In this document: positions 23,854 to 37,049 of the stretch, in pieces | How the letters are laid out: each line of letters starts with the position of its first letter | Numbering within the stretch: the stretch's first letter is position 1 | DNA from: Octopus bimaculoides | Taxonomy: Eukaryota | DNA length: 54,617 nt | Direction: 5' to 3' | Assembly (NCBI RefSeq): GCF_001194135.2 | Contig: NC_068985.1 | Span: 74,722,948-74,777,564 of the forward strand | Notes under the pieces: generated by a model | Database searches by the model: none | What the model was told of the DNA's origin: nothing | What the model saw: the letters and a program-made list of their open reading frames with translations, nothing else | Program-made: the position numbers and the translations under genes

Positions 23854-24960
23854 CCAGGTTGAGTCAAAAGATGTATCCTTATTTCAAACGTTATTTAATA
23901 GTTCAAACAAATTAAATAGAGAACGCATTTATTCATCGAACAATATCCCATAATATTCTATTGGTTGTTGCTTTTGTACAAGAAGCACAATTTCATGTTT
24001 ATCTAATTTGCATGGTTTATAGGCAAAAAAAGCTCCTTGCACTTGTTTTCTACTTCATTCACTTCTACCGCAGGAGAATTGAACCGTCGTGCGGAAAAGG
24101 TATTAATCTAATGTAAGTCTGAACTCTAGGCAAGGTGAGGCTGCTTGAAAGGCGCGTGTCTAGTATTGACCAATGACAAGTCCCGAATTTCAAAGCAACA
24201 TATATTCACTGCAGTTTTTGCCCATTAGTGTAACCGTTCACAACATGACCAGCTGTGACTAATTCAAAGTGTAACACCCACCTCAATCTTCCACCAAACA
24301 AAGAACATAACTCTCTGTTGAAATGGCTTTTGCTTGACAAGTTGTGAAGCCTAGCCGAAAGTAAGCCTCTGGTTTCACTTATTAGGTTATGAAAACAGAT
24401 CCATTTTTCATCCGCAGTTACTAATCGACTCCCAAAACGGACATCTTATGGTTTTGCCAGCAAATGTTTGCATATATTCTCACGTTGTTGATCTTGGTAA
24501 TTGATGAGTTCATGAAGAATTTCTTCACAACGTCTGTTCATAAGGCTTAGTTTGTGATACATTGTATAGGAAAAAGTTCTGTCGACAATGTAAGACTATT
24601 TGTGCTTTGCTGCTCAAACGTGTCAAGGAAGGTCTCATCTTGTACAACAGAAGGTCTCACTAACCTTGGTTTGTCCTCGAGGCTAGTATTACTTTGCGTT
24701 GAAATGTTTGCATCAATTCTGTATCACACGTTCATGGGATTCCACATCATTAATTTCTTTCACCGCTGTCCTTGCACTCCGTACATTTTCCCACAGGTAA
24801 CGGGAAATATCTCTAATTGCAAATTTTTCCACCTGTTACTATCAAAGCTGCAAAATAAAGGATAAACAATTCAGCAACATTTGGAAAAGTTGTACCGAAT
24901 TAATGACATAACATGCTACAAGTTGCCAAGTCTCATCAGTGAAGGCCCTAAAATACTTTA
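23854..24960 (-). mobile_element. Second mariner-family transposon, decayed, 5' TIR not found
   Basis: End TA-CCAGGTTGAGTCAAAAG; minus-strand motif traces LEDKPRLVRPS, SISNCG*KMDLF (approx. IVTCDEKWI), VMFFVWW, PHLA*SSDLH (approx. SPDLAPSDYH). Confidence 0.8.
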
Positions 24961-25539
24961 CTCTGACTGTTATCTTATTTCAGTGCATCATCCTATATTG
25001 CTCTAAATAACAAGAAGGTTGGTTAAAAGAAAAGCAAAGCAAAAATCATTCCCAAGAATGATATTCATATAAATAACTGCTATAGACTAAGTGTTTTTAT
25101 ATCGCATTAGTATCACTTTCCGCTGTGGACATTTTTTTTTTTAATTATTAACCTTCAAAATAGCATGATATGAAACTTGTTTGAACCAAAATATTTTAAA
25201 ACATTTCCCACGACTATGAATGTCGATTCACTATCGCGTTTACAGTTTTCTTTCTCTGGAACAGTTTACATTACAGACACGGAGTCGCTCTAAAGTTATG
25301 CATCAAACTACACATAATTGTAAACAGGCCATCAAACTATGAAGACCTCGTTAAATACCATTCGAAACCATCTACAACCATATGTTGGAACTCGTCCCAA
25401 GGGTAAATATGAAAATATATCGTGTGTAGTTCGCAGCTTATTGTTTTTCGAGTGCTCGGCTTGCACTTTGTTGCTGGTTGATATAGACGAGAGCACATTC
25501 AGGAAAATACTGCAATATAAAGATAATATAAAATAGAAA

Positions 25540-25860
25540 GGTGAAGGCGCGTGGCTTATGGGTTCGGATATTCGGCTTACAATCGTTTGGTCGTGACTTC
25601 AATTCCCGGCGATGTGTTGTGTCCTTGAGCAAGACACTTTATTTCACGTTGCTCCAGTCCATTCAGCTGGCAAAAGAGTAGTACCTGTATTTCAAAGGAC
25701 CAGCCTCGTCATATTGTGTGTCACGCTGAATCTCCCTGAGAATTATGTTAAAGGTAAACGTGTTTATTCAGTGCTCAGCCACTGGCACGTTAATTTCACG
25801 AGCATGATCTTCCACTGTTCGGATCAACTGGAACCCCCGTCATCATGGCTGATAGAATGT
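25540..25860 (+). mobile_element. tRNA-derived SINE with a CORE-like central domain
   Basis: A-box GTGGCTTATGG, B-box-like GACTTCAATTCC, core gtgttgtgtccttgagcaagacactttatttcacgttgctccagt; tail shared with 10735-11076. Confidence 0.88.
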
Positions 25861-27127
25861 CAATATAATAGAAACAAGAATATTTTAAGCTGTACGGCGA
25901 GCGCATTCAGATTAATTATCTTTGGTAATTTATTTACTTTACAAACGAATTCAAAGATAAAAGAATTGGGACGAACGCCTCTGATATGGCTCACGAGGTA
26001 CTTTAAACATTTTGCAAGTAGTTAGATGAAGTAAAGCGTGAATGTAAGCGAAACGTGTTGCATAATCAATTTAAATATTTCGTTATAGGCATTTAATTTC
26101 TTAGCATCAAAAGCCAGTAGTTAAAATATTACAGTTATTAATGTCACTATCACTTTCTTTCCTCGTGTGTGAAATCTCTAAGCCAGGGGTTTTCGTCATG
26201 AAAGAATTCGCTGACACTGCAGTGTCCTACCGGTAAATATCCTTCTGATAGTAGTGACTGCATTTGAAGTTATTCTTCACCAATTTTACTCCGGTATCAT
26301 GCCTTGTCGTAAGTTTTCTTCGGAATATAAACTCATCTTTTCCATGCCTGTTTTTCCTGCCTATTTTCATACTCCACCTATATCTACTATTTCCAATGTC
26401 CTCTAATCATTCCATGTTTATGTCCAGTGTCTGCTTGTTCCGCTGGCAAACGCCTTTATATCAAATATAGGATTGCTCATATGTTCTCTCGTGGAAACGC
26501 AGTTCTTGTTTATGCTGTGAAAATAGAACGTTTTGAGATAACGTTTTAGTCTCTAGTACAACACTCAAGTTTCACTGTCACAAATGACAGTTCTGGAGTT
26601 GACGGTACTGCCAGCATAGAGTATAATTTCCTGCATGATGATAATTCAGGCTCCATTTGATGTATCTGCTGCTTTCTATAATTTAAAAAGTGGCTGCCTT
26701 ATTGTGTATCATGGGTACGTGAGATGTGCATTTCTGAGACTTGTAAATTTTAATAGTAAGGACAGAAATGTGTTAAGCACTATAACACAAATGCTTGCCT
26801 TATTTTTTATCTTACATATACACAGATATTACACAGAATTTTAATTTATCTATTTAAACATTCATATACTTCATAGTACTCATAAACTTTTCAACTTATA
26901 GATTTTTGTCTGAAGCAATGATTGCCACGTTTGACTTACATTGCAGCATCTTGTCTTATTTAAATATATTTCATTCTATATATTACCTTAATATTAAATT
27001 CCCAAAATTATGTATTTAAAACTTTCTGTCTTATCTATACGAACATTATAGTTGAGTAGAACAAAACTTTTCTTCATTCTATGAATGCATATAAGTTGAT
27101 AAAATGTTCCTAATAAATTTACTGGGA

Positions 27128-27177
<50 letters not shown>

Positions 27178-27211
27178 TTCTGTGTGTGTGTGTGTGTATA
27201 TATATATATAC

Positions 27212-27546
27212 GCACATGGCTCAGTGACTAGAGCGAAGAACTTACGACCTTGAGGTTGTGAGTTGAGTTCGAATCCCGGACCGGGCTGCGTGTTGTATTC
27301 TTGAGCAATACACTTTATTTCTCGTTGCTCCAGTTTCGTCAGCTGTAGAAATGAGTTGCGATGTCACTGGTGCCAAGCTGTATCGGCCTTTTCTTTTCCC
27401 TTGGATAACATGGGTGGCGTGGAGAGGAGAGGCTGGTATGCATGGGCTACAGGTAGCCTTCCACCAGCAACCTTACTCGGACTCGTGCCTGGAGGATAAA
27501 CTTCTAGGTGCAATCTGCTGGTCATTCTTGACCGAAGGCGGTCTCA
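27212..27546 (+). mobile_element. tRNA-derived SINE with a CORE-like domain and a different 3' tail
   Basis: TGGCTCAGTG A-box, GAGTTCGAATCCC B-box; core shared with 25615-25680. Confidence 0.88.
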
Positions 27547-27889
27547 TATATATATATGTAATGAAATTTCTTTTGTTTATGTATGAGTTCGCTTCCTATG
27601 TGGTATGTCTCCATGCTCTTTATATAGTTTCATTTATTTATTTTATCTATATCTATGTCTTATAGTTATCACAGGTGTGTGACAAATATATTTAGATATT
27701 TATTTATCTATTTTTGTATATNNNNNNNNNNNNNNNNNNNNNNNNNNNNNNNNNNNNNNNNNNNNNNNNNNNNNNNNNNNNNNNNNNNNNNNNNNNNNNN
27801 NNNNNNNNNNNNNATATATATATATATATATATATATAGTGTTTGATACATCTATCTGTATTTCTCATAAGTATTACAGGTAAGTGCCT

Positions 27890-29030
27890 ATATGTCTACG
27901 CTCAAGAGGAGAGTGCAGCCATCTGTGTCAGTATTGCTGGCGATGTAGCTAACCTGCTTATGGTATAGTGTGTTTGGTGAGAGAACTCCATAAACCTAAC
28001 CATGTACTCCCGATACGTAGATGATATCAACATAGTAACCAAAACACCCTTGCAAGACAATGTTGATGATCTAGAAGCTAACACTATGGAGAGCATCCGG
28101 CAAATAGCTAACTCCATCCACCAGATTACAGAAATAACGATAGACTACACTAGTAAGTACTTTAACTATAGATTACTCGTTTCAGACATTGAATTCTGGT
28201 TAGAAACGAAGAACGTCAAGGTCCAGATTCTTCACTTTCGTTATGCCAAACCCATAGCCACCAGATACCTTGTTCACATGAATGCAGTGATCGCGGACAA
28301 CGGCAAGTTCAACATTCTTATAGCTGACTTGGAGAAGGTGAGGACGAATGTATCTCGCATGTGTGACCCTATGGAATTGGAAAGACACATACGAAACTTC
28401 ATCCACCGCATGCAGTTCTCTGGCTATAACCAAAATGACAGGATTAGAGTGTACAAAGTAGCCAGGACTAAGTACAAACCCATCATAGAGAGTGATGCTC
28501 AAGGGATCTGTCCACTGAGCAGCACAGAAAGGACCAGTAGCAAGATAGATAGGGCCAACACTTGGTATGACAACCAAAAAGTACCATAGTGTCATGTTCG
28601 TTGATGCTACACCTGGCAGCGAACTAGCACATCTTTCTAGAAAAAAACTAAGTCTAATCTACGAATTAAAGTCGGAGAGAGGCCTGATCCCCATTTAGAA
28701 ACGCTGATCTGCAATAAATTTCCTTTGATAAGTCTCCCTGTACAGAGTACAATTTTACTGTATGTAGGACGCGCCCACAAGATAACTGTAAATTTAGGAA
28801 TGTAGTGTATAGATTACGATGCACAGAGGGACGGTGCAGAAACATGACATTTACCTACATCGGCGGGACTATACGCAGCATAGAATAGCGTATAGGTAAA
28901 AGTTGGCGAGAGCAGTGCTCTACCAACATGCTCAGCAGCAGCACAATGGGGTTAGAGGATAGGGCTGAGGGGAAGGCCACACTACTGCTAAAAAGTATGA
29001 CACGCACGTACAATTATACACACACATACA
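27890..29030 (+). mobile_element. Penelope-like element fragment (RT C-terminal half plus GIY-YIG endonuclease)
   Basis: IAGDVANLLM, YSRYVDDI (ORF 28002-28589), MFVDATPGSELA, NVVYRLRC...YIGGTIRS (GIY-YIG-like). Confidence 0.88.
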
Positions 29031-30912
29031 TACACACACTCACACGTGCGCGCGCGCGCGCACACACACAACAAGGGCACAAACGCATATGCACATAAGC
29101 ATACACATCTTAGAACAGAATGAAGTGGAGCAAGAACACACGTAAACGAAAAGTGTCGCTGAAGAGGTCACAGATGTGTAACGACAGTGTTCGGATAATG
29201 GACATGAGTTAAAATGATAAAATAAGAACAGTAATAAACGACTGATGAAAAAATACATATTGTGCGTGTGTTTAGTTGGCAAAAAAAGACTATCCTGAAA
29301 TGCAACAATATCTGTTTCAACACACGATTTCACCTCAGGAATCTTGCATTACGAATTATAAACGTAAAATATATAACTCCTTTTCAGTAAAAACACAGGT
29401 TTGCCGTCCTAAACAAAAACTGGCCAAAGTAAATATTATGTTGACGTCAATGAAAACGAAAATTTGATGCATATTATAAAGATTTATTCAACAAAAACCG
29501 ATAACTGCGATGCCAAATGTGTTAAGATGTTTTGGCAGTAAATGATACGTGAATAATATTTCAAAACTTTTGTTTATATATGAAAAACTTTGTTTTGTGA
29601 GTTTAATGCGTTAGAATGTATGGCACACTCGATAATAAACTGAACAGAAATGAGAACCTAATGAAGCTGAAATTCAATATTGTGCTTTTTCAACAGCTTA
29701 CTATGCCATTCTCGATCAACTTACTTTTTACTGGCTGGAATATTACAGATTATTCTATATCTAATAAAGTGTATTCATATATATGTACTACAGCCTAGTC
29801 GTTTGCGAGTTGGGCTAATGTTTGATTCCTGCTCACAAGGTTATGATGTCTGCTCACAAGGATATATGCATTTAGGCGAAACATATTCGCATGCAATAAG
29901 ATTAGTGACAGATGTATTTAAACATATCCACGCACACACTGATGTGTGGATGTGCGTGCGTGCGTGTGCGCGTAGTTAGTTAGATAGGTACGTATGCAAG
30001 TATGTAATTTATATACACTTGTATATGAGTCCATGATTTTAATTGTACAGGTGTGTGAGTGAGAGAGAACGAAAGATAAATTTTGTGTATCACAGATGTT
30101 TTCATGTAAAGTCTAATGTTGAAGAACTTAATCTGCTATTTGTAAGAAACAGTTTCAGATTATTGAGTTTTCCGCACATTATTAGTTTTAGGAGACACCA
30201 ATGTCTACATTAGATCCCTTTTCGAAACTGGAAAATGGATATTGCTTGATCTGTCTCATAAAATTTTCTGCTGTTTTAGTTTACAACATATCGTATCAAC
30301 AAAAGGAATTTCCAGGCCTTTTATCTTGTTCGTACAGTTCATCTTTGCAGATTTACCGCTGAGAAATTCAATCCATATCTATCGCAGGTGAAACTTAATA
30401 TAACACTTTACTAGAATAAGTCATTTGAAAAAGAAAAAACTGTTTGTTTCTGCAAGCGTGCAAATTTTTGAGAAATATGACATAACATTAATGCCGCTTA
30501 GGGGTAACCATCCTTAAAGAAAATATTAAGTGATAACGAATATTTGTAAAGCTATGAACAATCCGATTCTTCTTTAAATATTTAGTAAGCACACAATGAC
30601 TTTTGAGAATTAAGGATTTCCAGAATGATACGTCGATTCTTTTGTCAATTGAATGGGATTAATATTCTAGAGAACGGAGGTATATTTATGAAAGCAGGCG
30701 AGAGTTATGTTGAAGCTGGGTATAGGAAATAGCAATATTATGACCAGGTCATTCACATGGCAAAGTCAGCAGCAACAGATGTTAGTATGTTGGCAATGCA
30801 TCTCTTTCATTTTCTTACCCCTCTCTTTCTTTCTTTTGCTCCCACTCTCTTACTTTCTCTCTCTCTCTCTTTCTCTCTCTCTCTTTCTCTCTTTCTCTCT
30901 CTNNNNNNNNNN

Positions 30913-30957
<45 letters not shown>

Positions 30958-31469
30958 GTTCTCTCCTGCTCACAGTGTTTCTCTCGCTCACGTTCTCTCT
31001 TCAGTCATCCCACACTCCTGCGCACTATCACCTCTGTCTGTCTGCCTATCTTTCTCTGTTTGTCTGTCTGTGTCCCCCCCTCTCTCTCTCCATTTCAGAA
31101 AGAATACACCACTCATATATCCTAGTTATAGACCATAATGCAAAAATGCAGCACAGCAAAAGAAAAAAACGAATAGCATTTATCAGGCCTTTGCTACACT
31201 GTAACATTCTGTTACAATGTCACATAGTGTGATGACGAAAACGACGTATGTCATGGAGGAAAACCTAATAAAACCACCAGCGTAGGCCCAATTCCTGCTG
31301 CTGCAAAACTGGTATGTTTTTGAAGAACTTGCCAGTATCTTATGTCAGCTATTTCCCTATACGCAAACCAGTCGAAGATCAAGTATATTATTCTTATATA
31401 TATAAGTGAGTCTAGAGCTGGCCTCAAAATATACGATGTATTTCATTATTTAGCTTATTCAGCGTGTTG

Positions 31470-31700
31470 AACAGAATAATGGATCGAATACCTTGCACAT
31501 TTGGAAAGTTAATTACAACTTATATAAGTGACTTTTCTATATCAGGCATATGGGGAAATGCTTCACATGCTTCACATTCACATTGCGTTACTTGTATTGG
31601 GAGTACAATCTATTGCCGATTCCCCTTTTTATCTTCGCTACCCTTCTTAAAGATGAGACAAGTTTGGAGAATGCAAGTTTATCTACATGAAATTGGCTCA
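31470..31700 (-). mobile_element. Possible CR1/L2-type RT remnant
   Basis: IFKKG...GNR..IVL and CKVFD (approx. KAFD) traces only. Confidence 0.33.
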
Positions 31701-32789
31701 TTCAGAAGTCAATTCATAAAATCATGTATGAATTGAGCCTGAAGATAATGCACGTAAAATTTGGGATTCAGTTGAGCACACCCAATAGGAATAAGTTTTT
31801 AATGCCTTTATGTTTGGACATTCAAGTTCCCCGTAAACAAATAATTTGTCTATTTGGTTATGCATTAGTGAATCTATTAATAATTTAAACATATAAACAG
31901 TATATAAACATTGTGTAGATGTTATATGTCATATATCACACATATGTTCCGATGTACCTCTACAATGAATATCTATCCTTTAAGGAAGGAATGGAAGATA
32001 AAAGGGCAATTGGTAATAGATTATGCTTCAAATACAAGCAACTCTACTGTCTCGCACTAACTCCTCATCTTGGTGTTGGATTTCCATATATAATTTAACG
32101 AGTTATTGAATATTATAACATTTTGAAACAGCACATCAGCTGTGGAATGTAAATCTACCTCTTTTAGAAGGCGCATGTAATCGATTTTAAGATTTGTTCT
32201 TCACGGTAGACTTTTCACAAATAGGAAACACAGGTAAAGTTGTATGATATATAGTGTCATTCTTGCGTGAATATGTTATGTTCATTTTATATAATTTTTT
32301 TTTTTTTGACACGTAGGTAAGTAAAATCAAAAAACCTGTTTGATTTGCGTGTCCTCTTTCTCTTGTGCAAATATTAACTTATGTACTGAAACATACTGAA
32401 ACCTAAGATTTTAATAACATATAATTATGTATTTACATGCACTTTTATAAAAGAAGGAATTCAATCTAAATATAATAATCTCGGTAGGTATAGCAGTATT
32501 TATATTAGAGCGTATAAATTCCCCAATTTTGAAATATGTATATGCGTGGCATCATAATGTATTCATATTTCATATTTCATATTTGTAAAACATCAACCAT
32601 CTTAAAGTAAACAGAGGAGAAATTAAAACTTTATCATATATATATATATATGTATGTATATATATATATGTATATATATATACACAAGAGAAAAAGGCCA
32701 GGTCAGTTCCTTCTCAATTTTATTCGATTGTCAAAGAATATGTATGAGAATATGTATATGTATATGTATTTTTCCATATGTGTATTTTC

Positions 32790-33026
32790 ATACACTGTTT
32801 TTAACACTGTTTTTAACAATTTCACCTTAATATGACAATCAGTATGTAACACTACAAAGTTCATACAAAGCTTTATACTTTAAATATATTTTATCATCAA
32901 AGAATGTATATATGCATTTTAATACTCAGACTGTTTTTTAACATTTTTTATTATTCTCAAAGACTTTTGATAATCTTTTTCTAAAAAAGTGAAACCGGTT
33001 AAGTAAATAAATATTTTTTAAAAATA
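32790..33026. repeat. AT-rich dispersed repeat, probably a Penelope-like 3' UTR or pLTR
   Basis: acttttgataatctttttctaaaaaagtgaaaccggt shared with 47765-47805 and, inverted, with 41280-41320. Confidence 0.75.
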
Positions 33027-33305
33027 NNNNNNNNNNNNNNNNNNNNNNNNNNNNNNNNNNNNNNNNNNNNNNNNNNNNNNNNNNNNNNNNNNNNNNNNNN
33101 NNNNNNNNNNNNNNNNNNNNNNNNNNNNNNNNNNNNNNNNNNNNNNNNNNNNNNNNNNNNNNNNNNNNNNNNNNNNNNNNNNNNNNNNNNNNNNNNNNNN
33201 NNNNNNNNNNNNNNNNNNNNNNNNNNNNNNNNNNNNNNNNNNNNNNNNNNNNNNNNNNNNNNNNNNNNNNNNNNNNNNNNNNNNNNNNNNNNNNNNNNNN
33301 NNNNN

Positions 33306-33344
<39 letters not shown>

Positions 33345-34042
33345 CATAAAATCCTTTGTCTGTTGCCAATGCATTCTGAAAAGGCTCAACTAAATAAAAT
33401 CAAATTTTACATGACAATATTAGCAGACCCCGTGAGTATCAATATGTAATTTCTTTTACATTTGGATAAAACAATACAACATTGGCACTGGTTCAGTATT
33501 ACATGTCAATAGTGAAATAATAACATCTGTATTGTGATGTGATATAATGTTGTTTCACTTTTATTATTTCACCTTTAGTTCTAATGTGATAAGACTATAA
33601 TATTGTTTCACTTCTATTGTTTCAATTTTTATTCTAATTATACTCTAATGTGAAAAACATTATGCATCGCCAACTTTCAATCTTTACAGCCAACTCAGCG
33701 GAATGGTGTGTCTGTGTATGTGCGTTGACTGACATAAAGAACGGTTGGCGGTGAAACTCTTGACAAAAAACAATGAGATGGCAGGTCCAAGTTATATAAA
33801 AATGCATTTTCACCGTTCAATTACCAATTAATAATTATCGCAGCAGTTGCAAATTTACCGTTAAATTATCAGCTTATACATGTGCTTCTATTTGGCTAAT
33901 TTGATTATATTTGGTTAACTTATACCGCATACAAAAATAACGAAATATTACATACATACAACTGCTTACAATAATAGTGATTACTGTATAATTCCTTCTA
34001 TATTCATAATTTTTGGTTTACAATATCTAAAAAGAAAAACAT

Positions 34043-35340
34043 ATGCCACCAAAGAAAGACGTAAACACTCCAGAAACAAGTATGAAGCAAAAAGGATTGT
34101 AGAAATCCGAAGGCGAGAGTTTCAAGAGAGAAAGGAGATGAGACTTTCTCAATATGAGTAAACACATGCTGCAGTACGTCAACTAGAGTCTCAAGAGAGA
34201 GGGGTGATGAGACTTTTACAAGGTCAGCAAAGGCATACTGTTTCTCGTCAGATGGAGTATCAAGAAAGAAGCTAGATGAGACTTTCCCAAGATCAACAAA
34301 GGCATGCTGCAGCACATTAGCTGGAGTATCAATACAGAAGGGAGATGAGACTTCCCCCAAGATTAGCAAATGCATGCTGCAGCACGTCAAATGGGGTTTC
34401 AAAAGAGAAAGGAGATGACACTTTGCCAAGATCAACAAATGCATACTGCAGCAAATGCCTACTGCAGCAAATGCATACTGCAGCAAATGCATACTGCAGC
34501 AAATTAAATGGGGCCTCGATACAAAATGGAGATGAGACTTTCCCAAGATCAGCGAAAACATGCTGTAGCATGTCAAATGGAGTCTGAAGAGAGAAGGGAG
34601 ATATTACTTTCCCCAAATTAGCAATGGCATGCTGCAGCACGTCGGATGAAGTCTCAAGAGAAAAGGGAGATGAGTCTTTCCCAAGTTCAGCAGACGCATG
34701 CCGCAGCACATCAAATGGAATCTTAATACAGAAGGGAGATGGGACGTTCCCAAGATCAGCAAACGCATGCTGCAGCACTTAATGCTGAATCATTAAAACA
34801 TCGCTTTAATGATTAGACAGCGGTCGAATAGAATAGCTCTAAGAAACAGACTACGTACAAATAGAATATCTCTCACAAACAGACTACGTACGTAGTTTGT
34901 TTCTTCACAATTCCTGGAGCTGCTTCCAGATATGATTCATCCCATTCTTATACAAATATTAAAATGATAATGTTTGTCCAAATTGGTGTGCTAAACCCAA
35001 ATTGTCATTTCGGCAATGCATTAAAATTTCCAAATGAAACTAATGGCATGCGCTGCTCATGCAGTAAGGTAAAATTGCTAACGCTACCAGCTCTTCCTCA
35101 ACCTCTTATAGATCTTCTAACAGGCACTTCCATCTAGTCTAAGGATTTTCCGAACGATATCAGACAAAGCAACTCTGCATTTCAAATGACATCGTTTGGT
35201 GCTTCTAAGGAGATAGATTTATGTCGACGTTGAAAATTCAAGGGTAAGTCTATCACTTCATTGGTTCCCTGTAACCCACAAAGGAACAACCACACTTCCT
35301 CCAAATTTATTTTATTAGTGATGTAGGACAACAAACCCGA
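34043..35340 (+). mobile_element. Helitron Rep/helicase 5' coding remnant
   Basis: MPPK start, RLSQDQQRHAAARQMESQE repeats, then ALKFPNETNG, KVKLLTLPALPQPLIDLLTG, NSAFQMTSFGA, KIQG*VYHFIGSL, FLQIYF, which are characteristic N-terminal Helitron motifs. Confidence 0.87.
34126..34780 (+). repeat. 69-bp coding minisatellite (about 9 units) with an internal 16-bp sub-repeat x4
   Basis: Unit approx. gagagaagggagatgagactttcccaagatcagcaaaggcatgctgcagcacgtcaaatggagtctcaa; aaatgcatactgcagc x4 at 34437-34500. Confidence 0.93.
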
Positions 35341-35479
35341 AAGATGTATCAAAATTTCAGATGATGGGTCACGTTAGACGCAGCGCCGTATGCAGGAGAG
35401 TATATCCATTGTATCCATATGTTTGATCAGTTAAATTACATATGTATATATATTTATAGCATGGGAGGGAGATAAGGAG

Positions 35480-35549
<70 letters not shown>

Positions 35550-36830
35550 AGAGAAAGAGAGAGTGAGAGAGAAATATGATCAATTTCTTTTGCAAACCAT
35601 TGGTTTACTAAATATGGAGTTATAGACTTTTGAATTGAATGTACGAAATTGAATTTTTTCTGGTAAGGAAGCTTTTTATATGTGTTACGAGCATATATGG
35701 AAATTTTCAGAGATATATTCGATATGCACTGTTCGGCTACATAATTTTTGCCAACTATGTAAAGTGTTAATATATAACATAGGTTACACTAATAAATATT
35801 CATTGCTTAAAACCAAAACCAAGCAGTATTTCTGATAATATTCCACATGATTTCTAAATATTTCTAATCATTGGTCACAGCTATAGAATATCATATTTAT
35901 AAATTCGAAACCACGTATATTATATTTTATTAGATTACGAAGTGTTATAAATTACCATCACGCATGTTAAGTGATATATATGAAGTATTATAGCATTGTA
36001 TGTGACCGAATTAATATAAGGTATCATATTAGTCTCCAACCAGCAGATTCCCTTTGACTGTTCTTCTGAAGTTATCTATGAGAGCAAACAAAAAGGGCGA
36101 AATTCATACTAAAACTTATTTCAATAATATGCAAGCAGATGCAATGTCTGGGCTAAACTCAGCAACTTATGGAGTAACAGCACTTACGTTTTGATTGTTG
36201 ATGCTAATGGTGGGGATGCTAAAAGTGGTGACGTCGGCAACAGTAAGGCTGATTGTTGAGGTTGTGATAGTTAAGGCGACGGTAATGTTTGTAGTTGTGG
36301 TAGTGGTAGAGGTAGTGGTGGAGCCGGTGATGATGATGGTGATGGTCAGCGTAAGTGTAGATCGACAGCGGTGAGCTACGATGAATGGCATTCCTCCCAA
36401 TATATTGTCGAAAATATTACTTAATTCAGTGAGTGGACATTCCTCTCTCAAACATGGTAATCTTTGATTTGAATGAAATGTCACTGCTACTTCTAGTAGA
36501 TCGAGCGACTGTACAGTTACAAACTTCTTCGTGACCGTCCTGGTGAAACACTTTTCGATTTGATAAAATTAGACAGTATTTTCACTTGAGGCATCCATAT
36601 TTACAAAGTTTAAAACACATTACTAGGGACGCTCTTCTTGTAAAAGAAATACCAATATTGTCGTAATTCATATGACTTTAAAAAAAGCTCATACATATTT
36701 TCATACACATATGTACACGTATGTATTTTTGAGCATCCACTTAAAACAAAATATGAATTAACTTTGCAAAATACATAATACAAACATTTGCTTTTATGAT
36801 GATATTAATAACGATCCTAATCTAGTAATA

Positions 36831-37049
36831 GTCTTTTCTACTCTAGGCACAAGGCCTGAAATTTTTGGGGAGGTGGGGTTTAGTCGATTAGATCGACCCC
36901 AGTAAGCAACAGGTACTCACTTTATCGACCCTGAAAGGATAAAAGGTAAAGTTGACCTCGGCGGAATTTCAACTGAGAACGTAAATACAGACGAAATTCA
37001 GTTCAGCATTTCGCCTGGCGTGCCAACGTTTCTGCCAGCTCACCGCCTT
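36831..37049 (-). mobile_element. tRNA-derived SINE (same family as 23060 and 23304) with a 14-bp TSD
   Basis: Perfect CTAATCTAGTAATA at 36817-36830 and 37050-37063. Confidence 0.93.

Noticed and set aside
26010-26062. GATGA...GC-GAAACGT hammerhead look-alike
   Set aside because: No proper stem II, first box broken, and G at the cleavage position
34004-34778. Minus-strand 149-aa and 190-aa repeat ORFs as a bona fide gene
   Set aside because: The + frame matches Helitron N-terminal repeats and is continuous with Helitron motifs; kept only as a hypothesis under findings
36167-36484. Thr-rich mucin-like ORF
   Set aside because: Degenerate (GTG/GAT)n low-complexity tract; no signal peptide or splice support
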